This document shows positions 40,488-52,546 of a stretch of DNA of 64,000 bases, in pieces. The notes below the pieces were generated by a model that ran no database searches, had not been told where the DNA came from, and was given only the letters and a program-made list of their open reading frames with translations. Origin of the DNA: Octopus sinensis (Eukaryota). The stretch is from the NCBI RefSeq assembly GCF_006345805.1, contig NC_042998.1:134292001-134356000 (forward strand). Direction: 5' to 3'. Within the stretch, counting starts at the first letter, position 1. Each line of letters begins with the position of its first letter. The translations under genes and the position numbers were made by a program.

Positions 40488-43373
40488 TAGTGAGGATTAT
40501 CAGTCTGGCAAGATATTTCATAAACTCTCTGCTAGTACACCAGGGTAACAATATTGTTCAGATTAGCAAAGAACTCCAAGTCTTCTTGTGATAGGGTATG
40601 AGGTCATAGTTCATCAGAGTTCTATATTGTAAATCTGTGGTTGTGCTCCAGTTACACTGGTTTTTACACAGAGTGATATACAAGACAAGGTATAAATAAT
40701 GGTCATTACATATTTTCCTTTATTGGAGTAAATTTGGCTTACAGCTGTTTCCTGTAGTCATGATAGGTTTGTTACTGACAGGTTTACTTATCTATTGATC
40801 AGTTGAGAAAAGTTGAGTGACCTAAAAACTTAATGCAGCCATTTCTAGTTAACTAGAAATGACTCTATCAGTACTGAACCTATAATAACTACTAGAAATA
40901 GCTGTAAACCAAATTTACTCCAGTAAAGGAAAAATTTGTAATGACCATTATTTATATTTTGTCTTCTATATGTATATGTGTATATACATACATACATATA
41001 TATATATATATTATATATATATATATAATGTAATGTTAATGAAATGCATTCCCTTCATGTACCCACACACATCATACATGTGTGTATGTCTGGGGGTATT
41101 TTATGTACATTTATATGCATGTCATTTTTTGCTCATGCATGTGTGTGCATGCATTTGTGTCTGTGTTTCTCTCCACCATAACTTGACAACTAGTGTTGGT
41201 TTGTTTACATCCCCGTAGCAGTTTGGCTAAAGTGACCAATGGAATAAGTACCCCAGACTTTAAAAAAAATACTGTGGTTGATTTGTTCTATTAAAGATCA
41301 ATGACTAAAACAAGTTGAAGGTAAAAAAAAAATAAAAGACATTACTTTGCAGTCCTGGATCAAAGTGTTTAGTACTGAATCTGCAAACTGAGGTATGCCA
41401 GTGGTGATAGGTTGAGAAAACATGAGTGAGAAGAATGGTTTGGAGATATTTGAAGCTAGCTAGTTCAGGGAAGCATACGCCACTGCTATTGAAGAGACAG
41501 AGTGAAGTAATATCCTATTTGGAAGATAGTAGTTGAAGACTATTGATGAGTAAAACTCATCTATCTGCCTTCTCATTCAAAATTTCCCATTAATGGAAGT
41601 ATACACTGTTAGTATGCTACAAAGACCTGACCTTAAAATTTCTATTTGAAGTAGTAAAATAGCATGCTACACATAGTTTCATCTTTATATGAAATGAGTT
41701 TGAAAATCTACTTGAGTCGACTTTGTTTCCATTCTCTGCAAATGATAAAATAAAACCTAGTTCTAGAAAATTAATTCACTCAGCAATACCGCCTTCTCTA
41801 CACAAGTCATTGCTGCTGTTATCAATTATGAATTTTCAACAGTTTTATATGAGTTTCTACTGCTTCACCGTAGAAACTCACAGTGGTCTTGTGTTTGTAC
41901 ACTACATCAATGTTGCTTTCTTATGAGGTTTGGAGTGAATTCTGGTGCAGTTTTAGCATTTCATTTTTTATGAAGAGTATGTTGTAGTGTGAGCTGTATT
42001 ATTTTGTTGGGTGGTGATTATGTTTTGTATGTGTTGTCTGATTGATATTATGTGTTTGATTGTCAGATGGTGATTGCTTAGAGTATATACTGTGTGCTTT
42101 GCATAACATTTACAAGTTGCTGCTGTAAAGAATGTGAAGTGTGTAGGATCAGTTATGTAGGTATGTGTTTTCTTTATTAGGTATTGATCATGTAGATTAT
42201 GTTGTGTTATTTTATTTGGTGATTATTATGTTGGGTATGTCTTTTGTGCAGAGGGTATATTGTTCGAATTTTACTGTTTAACTGAAAGTATCTTGTGTAG
42301 GATGTGGTTGTGTCTAGCAGAGCTACTTTTTTTTTTAGATTATATGTACTATTGTTAGGCCTGGTATGGTTTGTATGTTTTGTTCATTTAAAAAAAAAAT
42401 CTTACCTTATACTCCAGTTGTTATTGGTACTCTTTTTATTTTCACGTCCCACATCCTTTTCATTTCAGTTACCAGGTCTTTGTACTTTCATAGTTTCTCC
42501 ATGTCCTATCATATAATGTTTTGGTTTGAGGAGATTAAGATGTTTGTCGGCACACAGATATTTTCATCCTAGTGTTGATTATTATGTCTGGATAGTTTGT
42601 CTTGATCTTTTTATTAGTTTAGATAAACATACCTCAGATGCTGGTGACAGACTTGTTGTTATGTATTGTGTTGGTTACATGCTTGTACCTAATGTTCAAA
42701 TGTTGGCCTGTTGCCCAGTGGACAACACTGCTGTCTCTGATTGTGTCTCTGAATATACTCAGATTTGGCAAAGCCTGTGCAGTTGATGAGAATGGAGAAA
42801 GTGGTGGTGTTATTTGTGTCAGGGTACAGTTTTGAGCCTACTGTGTTATGATAGCCATTATTTGTCATTTCTAAATTTAATTGTTGCTGATTTACATTCC
42901 ATTTCTTTGGTAATTAATGAAAAGACCATCAAAAGCAAACTAATTCTAGAGTATTATTTATGTTAGCTTGTAAAACAGAAAGCTTCATGAAATATAGCAT
43001 ATTTTTTAAAAATATAAAATTATGTTAGGGGATATGGAATAGATTTTTGGAGACTTTTTTGTTGTTTATTTGTCTGTTTATTTTGTTTGCCCTTTTTAAT
43101 TTGCAGTTCAAATAACATTGTATCTGATGTTTATTGTATTGTATTTTCCCTTTCATTCAAACCTGCTTTCACTGATTTCTGTTAAAGTCCTGCTAGACTT
43201 TTGGGTAGGAGTTTTGTGTACCACAGTTACCCTTCATAGCATCATTGTATATATTAATTGTGATGCTCTTTGTGAGGAGAGTTTTAGTTTTGTTTTTTTT
43301 TGTTTTTTGCTCTACATCTCTGTTTTCTATGCAAGCTTTGATGCTGTAGATTTTGCAAAATTTTTGATTCAGT

Positions 43374-43479
43374 GTTTTAGAGATTTGGAGACATGTGTCT
43401 TTTAGAGATTTGGAGATATCTGTCTTTTAGAGATTTGGAGACATCTGGAGTCTTTTAGAGATTTGGAGACATCTGTCCC
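43374..43479. repeat. Minisatellite, about 26-bp unit (ttttagagatttggagacatctgtc), about 4 copies
   Basis: Direct tandem repeats read from the sequence. Confidence 0.9.
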
Positions 43480-44281
43480 ACTTCTTAGCCAAAATGGATA
43501 TTGTATCAGATTCATTCATGCCTGCTTGCACAAATATGGGCTCACATGTAGATATATTTTGAGTATGGCAAGTCAAATTTGTAAAATTAAAGACTGCTTA
43601 ATATTATATGACATTTTTCAAGGCTATTCCATCTGCAAACGGAGAGTAAAATATGTTTTCCAAAATTTAGCTGATTTTTTTTCTCCTTGCTTTTGTGTTT
43701 TATGTTAATTTAATTTGTTTTTCTTCTAAAATTACATTTTGTTGATACAGAATTATTTTAATACCGTATTTTATATTGGGTGTCTTTTGAAAATAATTAG
43801 TATTAATTTCTAAGTAAATCACATATTTAATGTAACACATATCCTTAAGTTAAAAATAATTTTAATGCATTTTGGTAATATTTGGGTTATAACCCCTACA
43901 GTTCTTCAACAAGTTCTATGAGTTAATTAGCTCACCCATAAAGTGGAAGTATATTTTCCAGTAAGTCTAAATACATTTTAAGCATATTAATGTTATAAAT
44001 ATTAAATATGTTTTCATATGGAGAACTGTTATTGTAGATTTTTTTCTGTTTTCTAAATACCACCCACAAATATATGATAATATATACTAAGTAATAAATA
44101 TCAAAATCTCTTACAGCAAAATAACTTTACTTTTTGATATCAGTAAACTATATATATATTTCACCTTTCAAAACTTTTTGTGTATTTTTTCCTCTAAATT
44201 TTATTTGTCATTTGCTTGTTTATGTTACAATTTTCAAGTTTATGTATCTTATTCATTTACTTTTCTTTTATGTATGCATAG

Positions 44282-44492
44282 TGATGATAATGAAAATCGA
44301 TATGAAGATAAAGAAAAAGCATCTCGTGACCGTAAGGAGTTTGAGTTTAAAGATGAGGATGAAGAGTATACTTCTGTGGAACGCACTCAAACAACACACA
44401 CTGAGAAAATTACCACCAATATCCGTACCACTCGATCTAACAAGAAATTAGACCTTGGTGCAGCTGCAAACTATGGTAAAGAGTCTAATCAG
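44282..44492 (+). CDS. CLINT1: CLINT1 internal exon
   Basis: Acceptor gcatag (AG 44280-44281), donor gtaagg at 44493; 211 nt, phase 2 to 0. Encodes (S)DDNENRYEDKEKASRDRKEFEFKDEDEEYTSVERTQTTHTEKITTNIRTTRSNKKLDLGAAANYGKESNQ, with the EFKDE and DLGAAA.Y motifs characteristic of epsinR orthologues. Confidence 0.93.
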
Positions 44493-45682
44493 GTAAGGAT
44501 GTCTATACCAATCTATCAGTAAATGGATTACAAGCCAAAATGATTTAAGCTATAAGGCATTAGATTACTAGCTCATAGATCAAGAGTTCAAAGCCATCAC
44601 AGGTATTATATGTTGTGTACATGGCCAGTACTATTAATTCTGCATGTGTGTATCAGATCACCTTGTTGTTGGCTATAGATAAGCAAATTTGTCTGGGTAT
44701 TATATCAGAGGTCAGATTTATCTTTCGTTTGCATGATACCATGAAATTAAAACAAAGCATCTGCTGATGAGCTCTTTGGACTTTGATGTTCATAGGGAAA
44801 AACACAGAAGAGCTAAAAAGGGAAGGGAGGGTGTTATAGTAAAATGAACAATGTTCATCATCATCATCGTCATCTCATGTCCTTCTTCCATGCTAGCATG
44901 GGTTGGACAGTCTGACAGAAGCTGGACGGTTTGCAGGAGCCTGCACCATGCTTCTGTGTCTGTTTTGGCGTGGTTTTTGTAGCTGGATGCCTTTCCTAAA
45001 ACCAGCCGCTCCGTAGAATACCCAAAGCAGATGCAAGTCACTCTGTAACTCTATTCACTTAAACTCTTTGAAAGATAGCATCCTTTTACTCATGTCATGT
45101 GCACATATTTATTGTTGGTGATAATATAGGTTGATGATTGTTCTTCTTTCAAAGCATCTGTCATGGCCCATGTCCATAGATGGATTTAGTCCAACACTAC
45201 AAGCTAACAAAACATTTAGCTTTCATAAACTATCCCCATCTTTTGCAATGATGGATTCCATTATCCACGTAACTGATACACTACTGAATGGTGTGAACCA
45301 GTGAAAACTAGGTATATGATATCCACACTGTGACTGATAGCAACGTGACCTGCTGCAATTCTGGCCCTTTGCTTAATGGCAGCTATTCTGTTTATGTCAG
45401 AAACTTTACTATGTCTATCAATGTAACTATTGAATCAAACTCTGTGATGCTCAGGTGCTACATTGTTTTTCTGTAGCCAGATTGATATTAGGGAAAATAT
45501 ATATTTCAAAGCCACACTCTCTAGATATTTTCAGTTATACAAACTTTAAAAAAATCTAACTAGTTACTGTCCCATGAAGCCAGCTCAAACAAAACTAACT
45601 GAAACTAATTCAATTCATCACCACTATAACTATGAAAACTGATAAAATGTTATTAAAACTGATAATTTTTCTCTTGTTGCAG

Positions 45683-45821
45683 GTGCCTGAGAGCAGTGGA
45701 AACTACAATCTAATTGACACAGTAGTCCCTTCTGCATCTTCTCCAGGAGATATATTTACCGACTTTAGTGATTTTAAATCATCGACTTCTCAAAATGGAG
45801 TCACGACCGATATAGCTTCTA
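45683..45821 (+). CDS. CLINT1: CLINT1 internal exon
   Basis: Acceptor ttgttgcag, donor gtgagt at 45822; 139 nt, phase 0 to 1. Encodes VPESSGNYNLIDTVVPSASSPGDIFTDFSDFKSSTSQNGVTTDIAS, with DIF/DFSDF adaptor-binding-like motifs. Confidence 0.85.
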
Positions 45822-46534
45822 GTGAGTATTACTATTATTATATTACAAAGCTGTTTTTACAGGCATTGATTATTCAATGTCATTATTATACATACTTTGC
45901 AGGGTGGCAAATTGGCAAAATCATTTGAGAACTGAAATGCCTCATTGTATTTATTCTACCTCTTTACATTCTGAATTGTAATTGCCCCATAGTCAGCTTT
46001 GTCTTTCATCTTTCCAGCTTTGATAAAATAAAGTACCAGTCATGTATAGAGGTTGATGGTACCAACTAACACCCTCTCCCAAAATAATTGTTTCTAATAT
46101 AGGCCTGGTGCCTATAATAGAAACCATTATTATACATATTTTTCAATGCCACTTTCATGTTTATTACTAGACTTCTAAATTATTAGTTTTCGTCATCATC
46201 ATCGTTTAATGTCCGCTTTCCATGCTGGCATGGGTTGAACGGTTTGACTGAGGACTGGCAAGCCAAGAGGCTACACCAGGCTCCAATCTGATCTGGCGAG
46301 GTTTCTACAGTTGGACGCCCTTCCTTGCTGCTAACCACTCTGAGAGTGTAGTGGGTCTTGGAGTGGTTAGACATCAGAACTATAGTGCAGCCACACCTGA
46401 AATGCTACTTACCTTGTCTTCTTAGTAAAACTCATGCACTAGTCTTTCTTCACAGTTTAGTAGCTAACATTGAGACATATATAAATCTGTGAAAATATTT
46501 ACTTCAATAACCTATCTAAATAATTTGATTGGCA

Positions 46535-47060
46535 CATCATCATCATCATCCTCCAGTGTTTTAAATCTGGGTTTTATCCCCATTAACGAGTGTGGCTGGA
46601 TCTATCTCAATGCCATAGCAACTGCCCTCACCCCATCTTGCTATCTTACCCAGTTTTGGGTGTCCTCCTTTTTCAAACCTACCCTCCCAATCTCCTCCTC
46701 TACCTGTTCCTTCCACCTTTTTCTCAGTCTACCTCACTTACAAGATCCATTTACCTCAAACACAATCACCCTCTTGAGAATATGCTTTTCATCCCACCTC
46801 AACACACACCCATACCACCTTACTCCATTCGCCCTTGCCAACCATTTTCACTGATTCCTCCAACCCCACCATTCCCATCAAATCCTCAGTCCTCCTCTTA
46901 TCAAACAGCTTCACACCACACATTTCTCTCACCATTGCTCTCTCAGTCCTTCTCAAAATTACCATCTCTCTCCCCCTCAGACACCATGTCTCACTCCCAT
47001 ACAGCATTGCAGCTTTCACACAACTCTTATAGACCCTTCCTTTTATCTTTAATGAGAGGG
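46535..47060 (-). mobile_element. RTE-clade LINE 3' fragment with (GAT)n tail
   Basis: Minus ORF contains LSLKIKGRVYKSCVKAAMLYGSETWCL...RAMVREMCGVKL; (CAT)n on + at 46535-46550. Confidence 0.85.
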
Positions 47061-47186
47061 ATGGGGAAAAAATAGATGAGGAAGTTGTGATAAGTGGTAG
47101 CGGAGGTGGTAGCAGTGAAAGATTGGAGAATAAAAGGAATAAAAAAAGTAACTCATACATGCACAAACACATATACATGTATATAA

Positions 47187-47522
47187 AAGACCCCCTTCGG
47201 TCATGAATGACCATGGGATTGCACCTAGAAAGTTACCCTCCTAGACACAAGTCCGGGCAAGGTTGTTTATGGAAGACCAGCAGTCGCCCATGCATACCGG
47301 CCTCCCCTCTCCACGCCACCAGTGTTATCCAAGGGAAAGACAAAGGTCGATACAGCTTGGCACCAGTGACATCGCAACTCATTTCTACAGCTGAGTGAAC
47401 TGGAGCAACGTGAAATAAAGTGCCTTGCTCAAGAACACAACACGCAGCCCGGTCCGGGATTCGAGCTCACAACCTCACGATCGTAAGCTCGATGCTCTAA
47501 CCACTGAGCCATGCGCCTTCAC
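47187..47522 (-). mobile_element. Well-preserved tRNA-headed SINE with a CORE-like central domain
   Basis: Minus strand begins gtgaaggcgcatggctcagtggttagagc...gagctcgaatccc (A and B boxes), then tgttcttgagcaaggcactttatttcacgttgctccagttcactcagctg. A more diverged relative lies near 28110-28300. Confidence 0.8.
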
Positions 47523-47525
47523 ATG

Positions 47526-47600
<75 letters not shown>

Positions 47601-47622
47601 GGTGGGTGGTTGTGTGTATGCA

Positions 47623-47662
<40 letters not shown>

Positions 47663-47721
47663 CATACACACACACATGCACATATATATATACACACACA
47701 CACATATATATACACACACAC

Positions 47722-47760
<39 letters not shown>

Positions 47761-47782
47761 GGTGGGTGGTTGTGTGTATGCA

Positions 47783-47834
<52 letters not shown>

Positions 47835-47839
47835 TGCAC

Positions 47840-47876
<37 letters not shown>

Positions 47877-47925
47877 TATATATACACACACACACACATT
47901 TATATATATATATATATATATATAT
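47523..47925. repeat. Compound microsatellite with an internal about 160-bp tandem duplication
   Basis: The unique core ggtgggtggttgtgtgtatgcatgc occurs at 47601 and 47761. Confidence 0.9.
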
Positions 47926-48303
47926 CGAGTTTATAGCTAGTTATACTATTTTCCAGTAATGAGAGAGCAAGAGAGCTTTCATCAATTTTGATGCATAAGA
48001 TTCTAAGAAATGAATAGAGTGTGGTCATCATTGCACCAAATCTAGAGCAAAGAACCCTGTACATTTGAAAACAGAATATTGGGATATTACTCAAGAAATA
48101 TATCTCCCCACCTCTCTCTCTTTCTCTCTACTCACACACAATACTGGAGAAGAGTATAACGAGCTATAAACTCCATTTTAAGGAGAGGAGAGTGTTGGAA
48201 GTGGTATTGAATGAAGTAAGTTATAATACAAACATACAGATATGCATGGTAGCAACCCATGCTACCATGGAAAAGGAACTGTGAAAAAATACAGAAACAC
48301 ATA

Positions 48304-49137
48304 TATGAAGTATGTTCAAAAAGTACCCAACTTCTCTTTTCCTGCCAAAACTAATGCTGTGTGAACAAAATCCTTTGGGTGGAGAGTGATACCACCCTTC
48401 TTGTGCATGCAGGAAAATTTCCATGCCAGTTGGCTGCATCAGCTCCCTGAATACAGACATGTAGTGCATGCTATTCAGATTTTCATTTTCACCAAACAGA
48501 GATATTGCATCAAGTTTTGCCAAGAGCAAAGCTTAGTGATAATTAAGCTCAAACTATCCAGAAGAATCAGCAGCTCTATGGCAATGATGTCATGAGTGAA
48601 ACTCTGATCAAAGTGTGGTAAAACTGTTTCAAACATGGTCACACTTCAGTGGAGAATGACGCACACTTAGGCAGGCTATCCACAAGCTGAAATAAAGAGC
48701 TGATTGAAAAGGTTAAGCACTTTAGGAATTTATTCATGCAGTGGGAATATGCACAGCATCAGTGCATTCCATTTTAATGGAGGATTTGTGCATGCAAGGT
48801 GTGTTGGCAAAATCTGTCTCCAAGCAGCAGAAGGAACTGTGTGTGAAAAATTCATTCAGGATATGCTGGATAGTGCAAACCAAGATTCAGACTTCATGCA
48901 GACTATCATCGCTAGTGATGAGACAAGGGTTTATTCAGTCATCTTGCATGAAAACGAAGATCTGACAAGCACTCACTACATGTCTGTACTTTAGATGTTA
49001 CAGTCAAGAACTGACATAGCCTAGTGATGTGAACATTTTTGCACATGTGCAAGAAGGGTGGCGTCACCTCCGTCCATAGGATTTTTCCCGTGCAGTGTTA
49101 CTTTTGGTGGGGAAAAATAAAGTTGGATCTTGTGTAT
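48304..49137 (+). mobile_element. Mariner-derived element with about 190-bp inverted ends; transposase truncated after the first catalytic Asp
   Basis: + strand has KQRYCIKFCQ and QTIIASDETRVYS. tacagacatgtagtg (48452-48466) is inverted at 48974-48988, and ccacccttcttg and the flanking subterminal sequence are also mirrored. Confidence 0.75.
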
Positions 49138-49267
49138 ATCATGTGGTTGATCTGAGAAAAAAAGAAAATGCTCAGTTTTATCATTTGTATTTCGTTTTGT
49201 TAAATATTGTGAATTGCTTAAACCTACACTTTTGCAATTTGTTTTATTTACGATTATTTCTTTCTAG

Positions 49268-49337
49268 GTAATTCTAATGGTGATTTTGGTGAGTTTTCTG
49301 CTTTTCAAGGAGTTTCAGCCACCAGTGTAACATCATC
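49268..49337 (+). CDS. CLINT1: CLINT1 small internal exon with a gamma-adaptin-ear (AP-1/GGA) binding-type motif
   Basis: Acceptor tttctag, donor gtgagt at 49338; 70 nt, phase 1 to 2. Encodes (S)NSNGDFGEFSAFQGVSATSVTS(S); DFGEFSAF fits the DFGxF consensus known from epsinR. Not in the ORF track because it is short. Confidence 0.85.
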
Positions 49338-51029
49338 GTGAGTTATACTAACTTTATTCTTACTTTTATATTAATAAAAATTTTGTTGGTTAACAAAACA
49401 TATTTTATAGATATACTAATAAATTGTGGCTCTTTGTTCAGTATAAGAAATTGTTATCTTGGATTTTGGAGTTAGATACTTTATAATATTTTGTCTCACA
49501 CCTCCACACTTTGAGTTTGAGTCCTGCTGTGATTAACCTTGCTTTTCATTACTACAACATTGAAAATCATATTGTGCAGCCACACTCGACATCCTTTTGT
49601 TCTTACAAGCAAGTGATTTTGTACCCATGTAATAAAATATGTAACAAGTTATATTAGTTGTTTGTTAAAAAGTCAATTGCGCTCCAGACACATATTCCTT
49701 CACTCTGTCTAACAAGAATAGGATTAGGTTTTTGTTTAGTGCATTTCAGAAAGTTACAGCTCCTCTTATAAAGAACTTTATGCATAATTTTAAGACCTAT
49801 CACTCTTTTGTAACAATCCTTGTTACTTTGTTTGTACATTTCATGCCAGGTAGCTGTAGTTATTGCTGATATTTCTGCAACCACTCTGTATTCTCATAAT
49901 TATCTCTGATTAAACAGAAATGATTAAAGGCTTTCCAGCTATGACCATCTAATCTTTCATTTTAGGCATAGTATATCTAAGTCTACGTTATCAAATATGT
50001 TTTCCTTATTAAAAAAAAATGTGATTTGAGGGATACTTCATTGTCTTTTCTAGTAAGTTGAGTGACTACATGGAGGTTTACTCATTAGCTTAAGTAGCTG
50101 AATATACTCATCAACCACAATTTGTTAATTCTTGATACTAACCAGCTTGAGACTGCTTCTTGTTCTTTGATACTGAAACTCTTGACTTTAAGTTTAATAA
50201 ATCATGAGAATAGCCTAAGGATTTTTAGAAGTTAGCACAGAGTAGTTTATGTTGGTATGCTATGTTACAACAAACTTCAGCATCTTGGGAGAAAGAATGA
50301 TAGCTGTAGGGATATTACCCAAAACATATAGTGTAAAATGGTTATCTTCTATAACAACAAACCATATTTTAATAATATCTGAAACTAATAGATTACTATG
50401 GTAAATTATGTGTCATACTTTAAGTTCAGTGATTAGTGGTTTAAACTGTTTATGTATATATTTACTTTTTATAGCTCATAAGAAATGCCCAAAATAGCAA
50501 CATTGTCTACATGGGTAAATTGATACAGGAAATGTTGAGTAAATTATTCTTATGTTACAAACATGAGACTATTTGGACTACTTAAAGGAATTACCTCCCT
50601 TGAATATTTCAAATTTGTTTTAATGTTACCTATCTCAGAAGATATATACATCCCAAGATTTCTTCCTGTTCCTTTCAAATTCCAAATTGAAGAGTTTCTC
50701 ATCAGGCCCTCGTCGAAATTACAAAATCGATTTTGAAAATATTTTCTTTCATAGGTAACTGACTGGGTTACCTATTTTAGGGTTTGGAAACAAAAATAAC
50801 TCTTAACAAATAAATAGCTAAAAAGAGCATTGTTTACTAAGAATAATGAAATTTATCATCGTTCTAGCATTTATATTCTGTATAGTCTGTGGTTAACAAA
50901 AGACCGAATCAGTTGGGTTATATTTTTACATCCATTTATGTTTTCAGTCCAAATCTTTTTGAAGTCAACTTGGTCATTCTGTGAGTGAGAAAATATTATT
51001 GAGCTTGATTAATTGTCTATTCTTTAGAA

Positions 51030-51107
51030 CAGTGGTTCCCAACCTGTGGTCCATGGACCCTGATGGTCTACAAAGGTAGTACTGGGGCTCCAGGAACTAA
51101 ATTCAAA

Positions 51108-51145
<38 letters not shown>

Positions 51146-51700
51146 TAAATTAGAGATAAAACCACTATTAGGCAAATCAAACAATGAAAAACTTAAGCCA
51201 ATACATAAAATTAATTAATTTATATTATTTTAAATATATATCAAAATTATTAAAAGTTTAATAAAAGATAATGAGTAAAACACTATGATCGTTTCATGGC
51301 TGTCCAATTCGTAATAATTCCAGTTATGGTTATTACGAATTGGACAGCCATGAAACAATCGTAGTATTTTACTCATTATCTTTTATTAAACTTTTAATAA
51401 TTTTGATATATATCTAAAATAATATAAATTAATTAATTTTATGTATTGGCTTAAGTTTTTCATTGTTTGATTTGCCTAATAGTGGTTTTATCTCCAATTT
51501 AATATAATATAATATTTTACTATAAAATTGGATTCAATCCTAAATCTGATTTTTCCCTGTAAGTTTGGATTTATTCCTTAATATTTTATTATATATATAT
51601 ATATATATATACTTAAGGATAAGCATATTAAAAGAGGTCTGTGAGAAAACACATTTAAATAAAAGGGGGTCCTTGGTAGGGAAAGGGTTGGGAACCACTG
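51030..51700. mobile_element. hAT-family non-autonomous element (MITE) with 8-bp TSD, containing a nested fold-back
   Basis: TIRs CAGTGGTTCCCAACC / GGTTGGGAACCACTG; TSD ctttagaa (51022-51029) / ctttagat (51701-51708). Confidence 0.9.
51137..51510. repeat. Fold-back (181-bp arms, 12-nt loop) nested in the hAT element
   Basis: 51137-51317 versus 51330-51510, only a few mismatches. Confidence 0.92.
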
Positions 51701-51799
51701 CTTTAGATGAACCTCTAGCATGATTGCAACCAGTGAAGGGATGAAAAAATATAAATATTAACTATTTGAGATGTTTTTTTAATGGCTGGTTGACATTAT

Positions 51800-52027
51800 A
51801 GCAGTGGGCAAGCATTCAGATTACTCTGTCAAATGTAAATCTTATTTATTCACATTACTTTGAATTAATCATGCATTTTCTTATAACTTCAAAATTTCGA
51901 TGATGTGAATGTTTATTTTTAAAATGACATTGTAGGATAGGTGTAAGAGGCTGGATCTAGCCAATTTGAACATAAAACAGTTAGATATTTGGGCTGGATA
52001 TGGCTTGTTTTAATGCTAAAGGGGTAA
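51800..52027. mobile_element. Decayed short non-autonomous DNA element, possibly piggyBac-like
   Basis: Right end aatgctaaaggggtaa resembles a CCCTTTAGCATT TIR followed by TTAA; the left end (agcattcaga) is degraded. Confidence 0.35.
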
Positions 52028-52293
52028 TGTGCATCACTATGTTTGCTTGTCCTTCCACTGTTACAGGTATATGAGGTATATGTGCATTGCAGTTCAACTT
52101 GAGGAATGAGCCATTCTGAAGCTGGACAGCTTCAATTCCTTAGAATTTATTAGAGAAGTCCAAAGTTTAGAGCAACATAAGAATTTCTGCTGAGACTTTT
52201 CTTTTGCATGTTTATGTGTGTTATGCCTGGCTGTTTTCTGTTTTTCCATATGGTCTAATTCTGTTTTCCTTATTTTTAATCTTTAAATTTCAG

Positions 52294-52546
52294 TTCACAA
52301 AGTAACTTTGCTGACTTTTCCAAGATGAACACTGCTGCTTCTCAAAATTCTTCTTCAGTCCAACCAGTTGCTGCAAGCACCACACCATCTGCTGATTTAT
52401 ATGATGTATTTACTGCCCCAGTTTCTAATCCTGCCAGTGGAGGCAACATACCTCCAATGCAAGCTCCCAACCTTGCTTCCCCAATGAATCCTTCTGGGAC
52501 ATTAACATCACAGATAACCACTGGTTCAGCCATCAGCATGCAGACT
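52294..52546 (+). CDS. CLINT1: CLINT1 internal exon
   Basis: Acceptor tttcag (AG 52292-52293), donor gtaact at 52547; 253 nt, phase 2 to 0. Encodes (S)SQSNFADFSKMNTAASQNSSSVQPVAASTTPSADLYDVFTAPVSNPASGGNIPPMQAPNLASPMNPSGTLTSQITTGSAISMQT (FADF and ADLY motifs). Confidence 0.82.

Noticed and set aside
43374-43479. CRISPR-like appearance of regularly spaced repeats
   Set aside because: The units are contiguous with no unique spacers, in eukaryotic intron context; an ordinary minisatellite.
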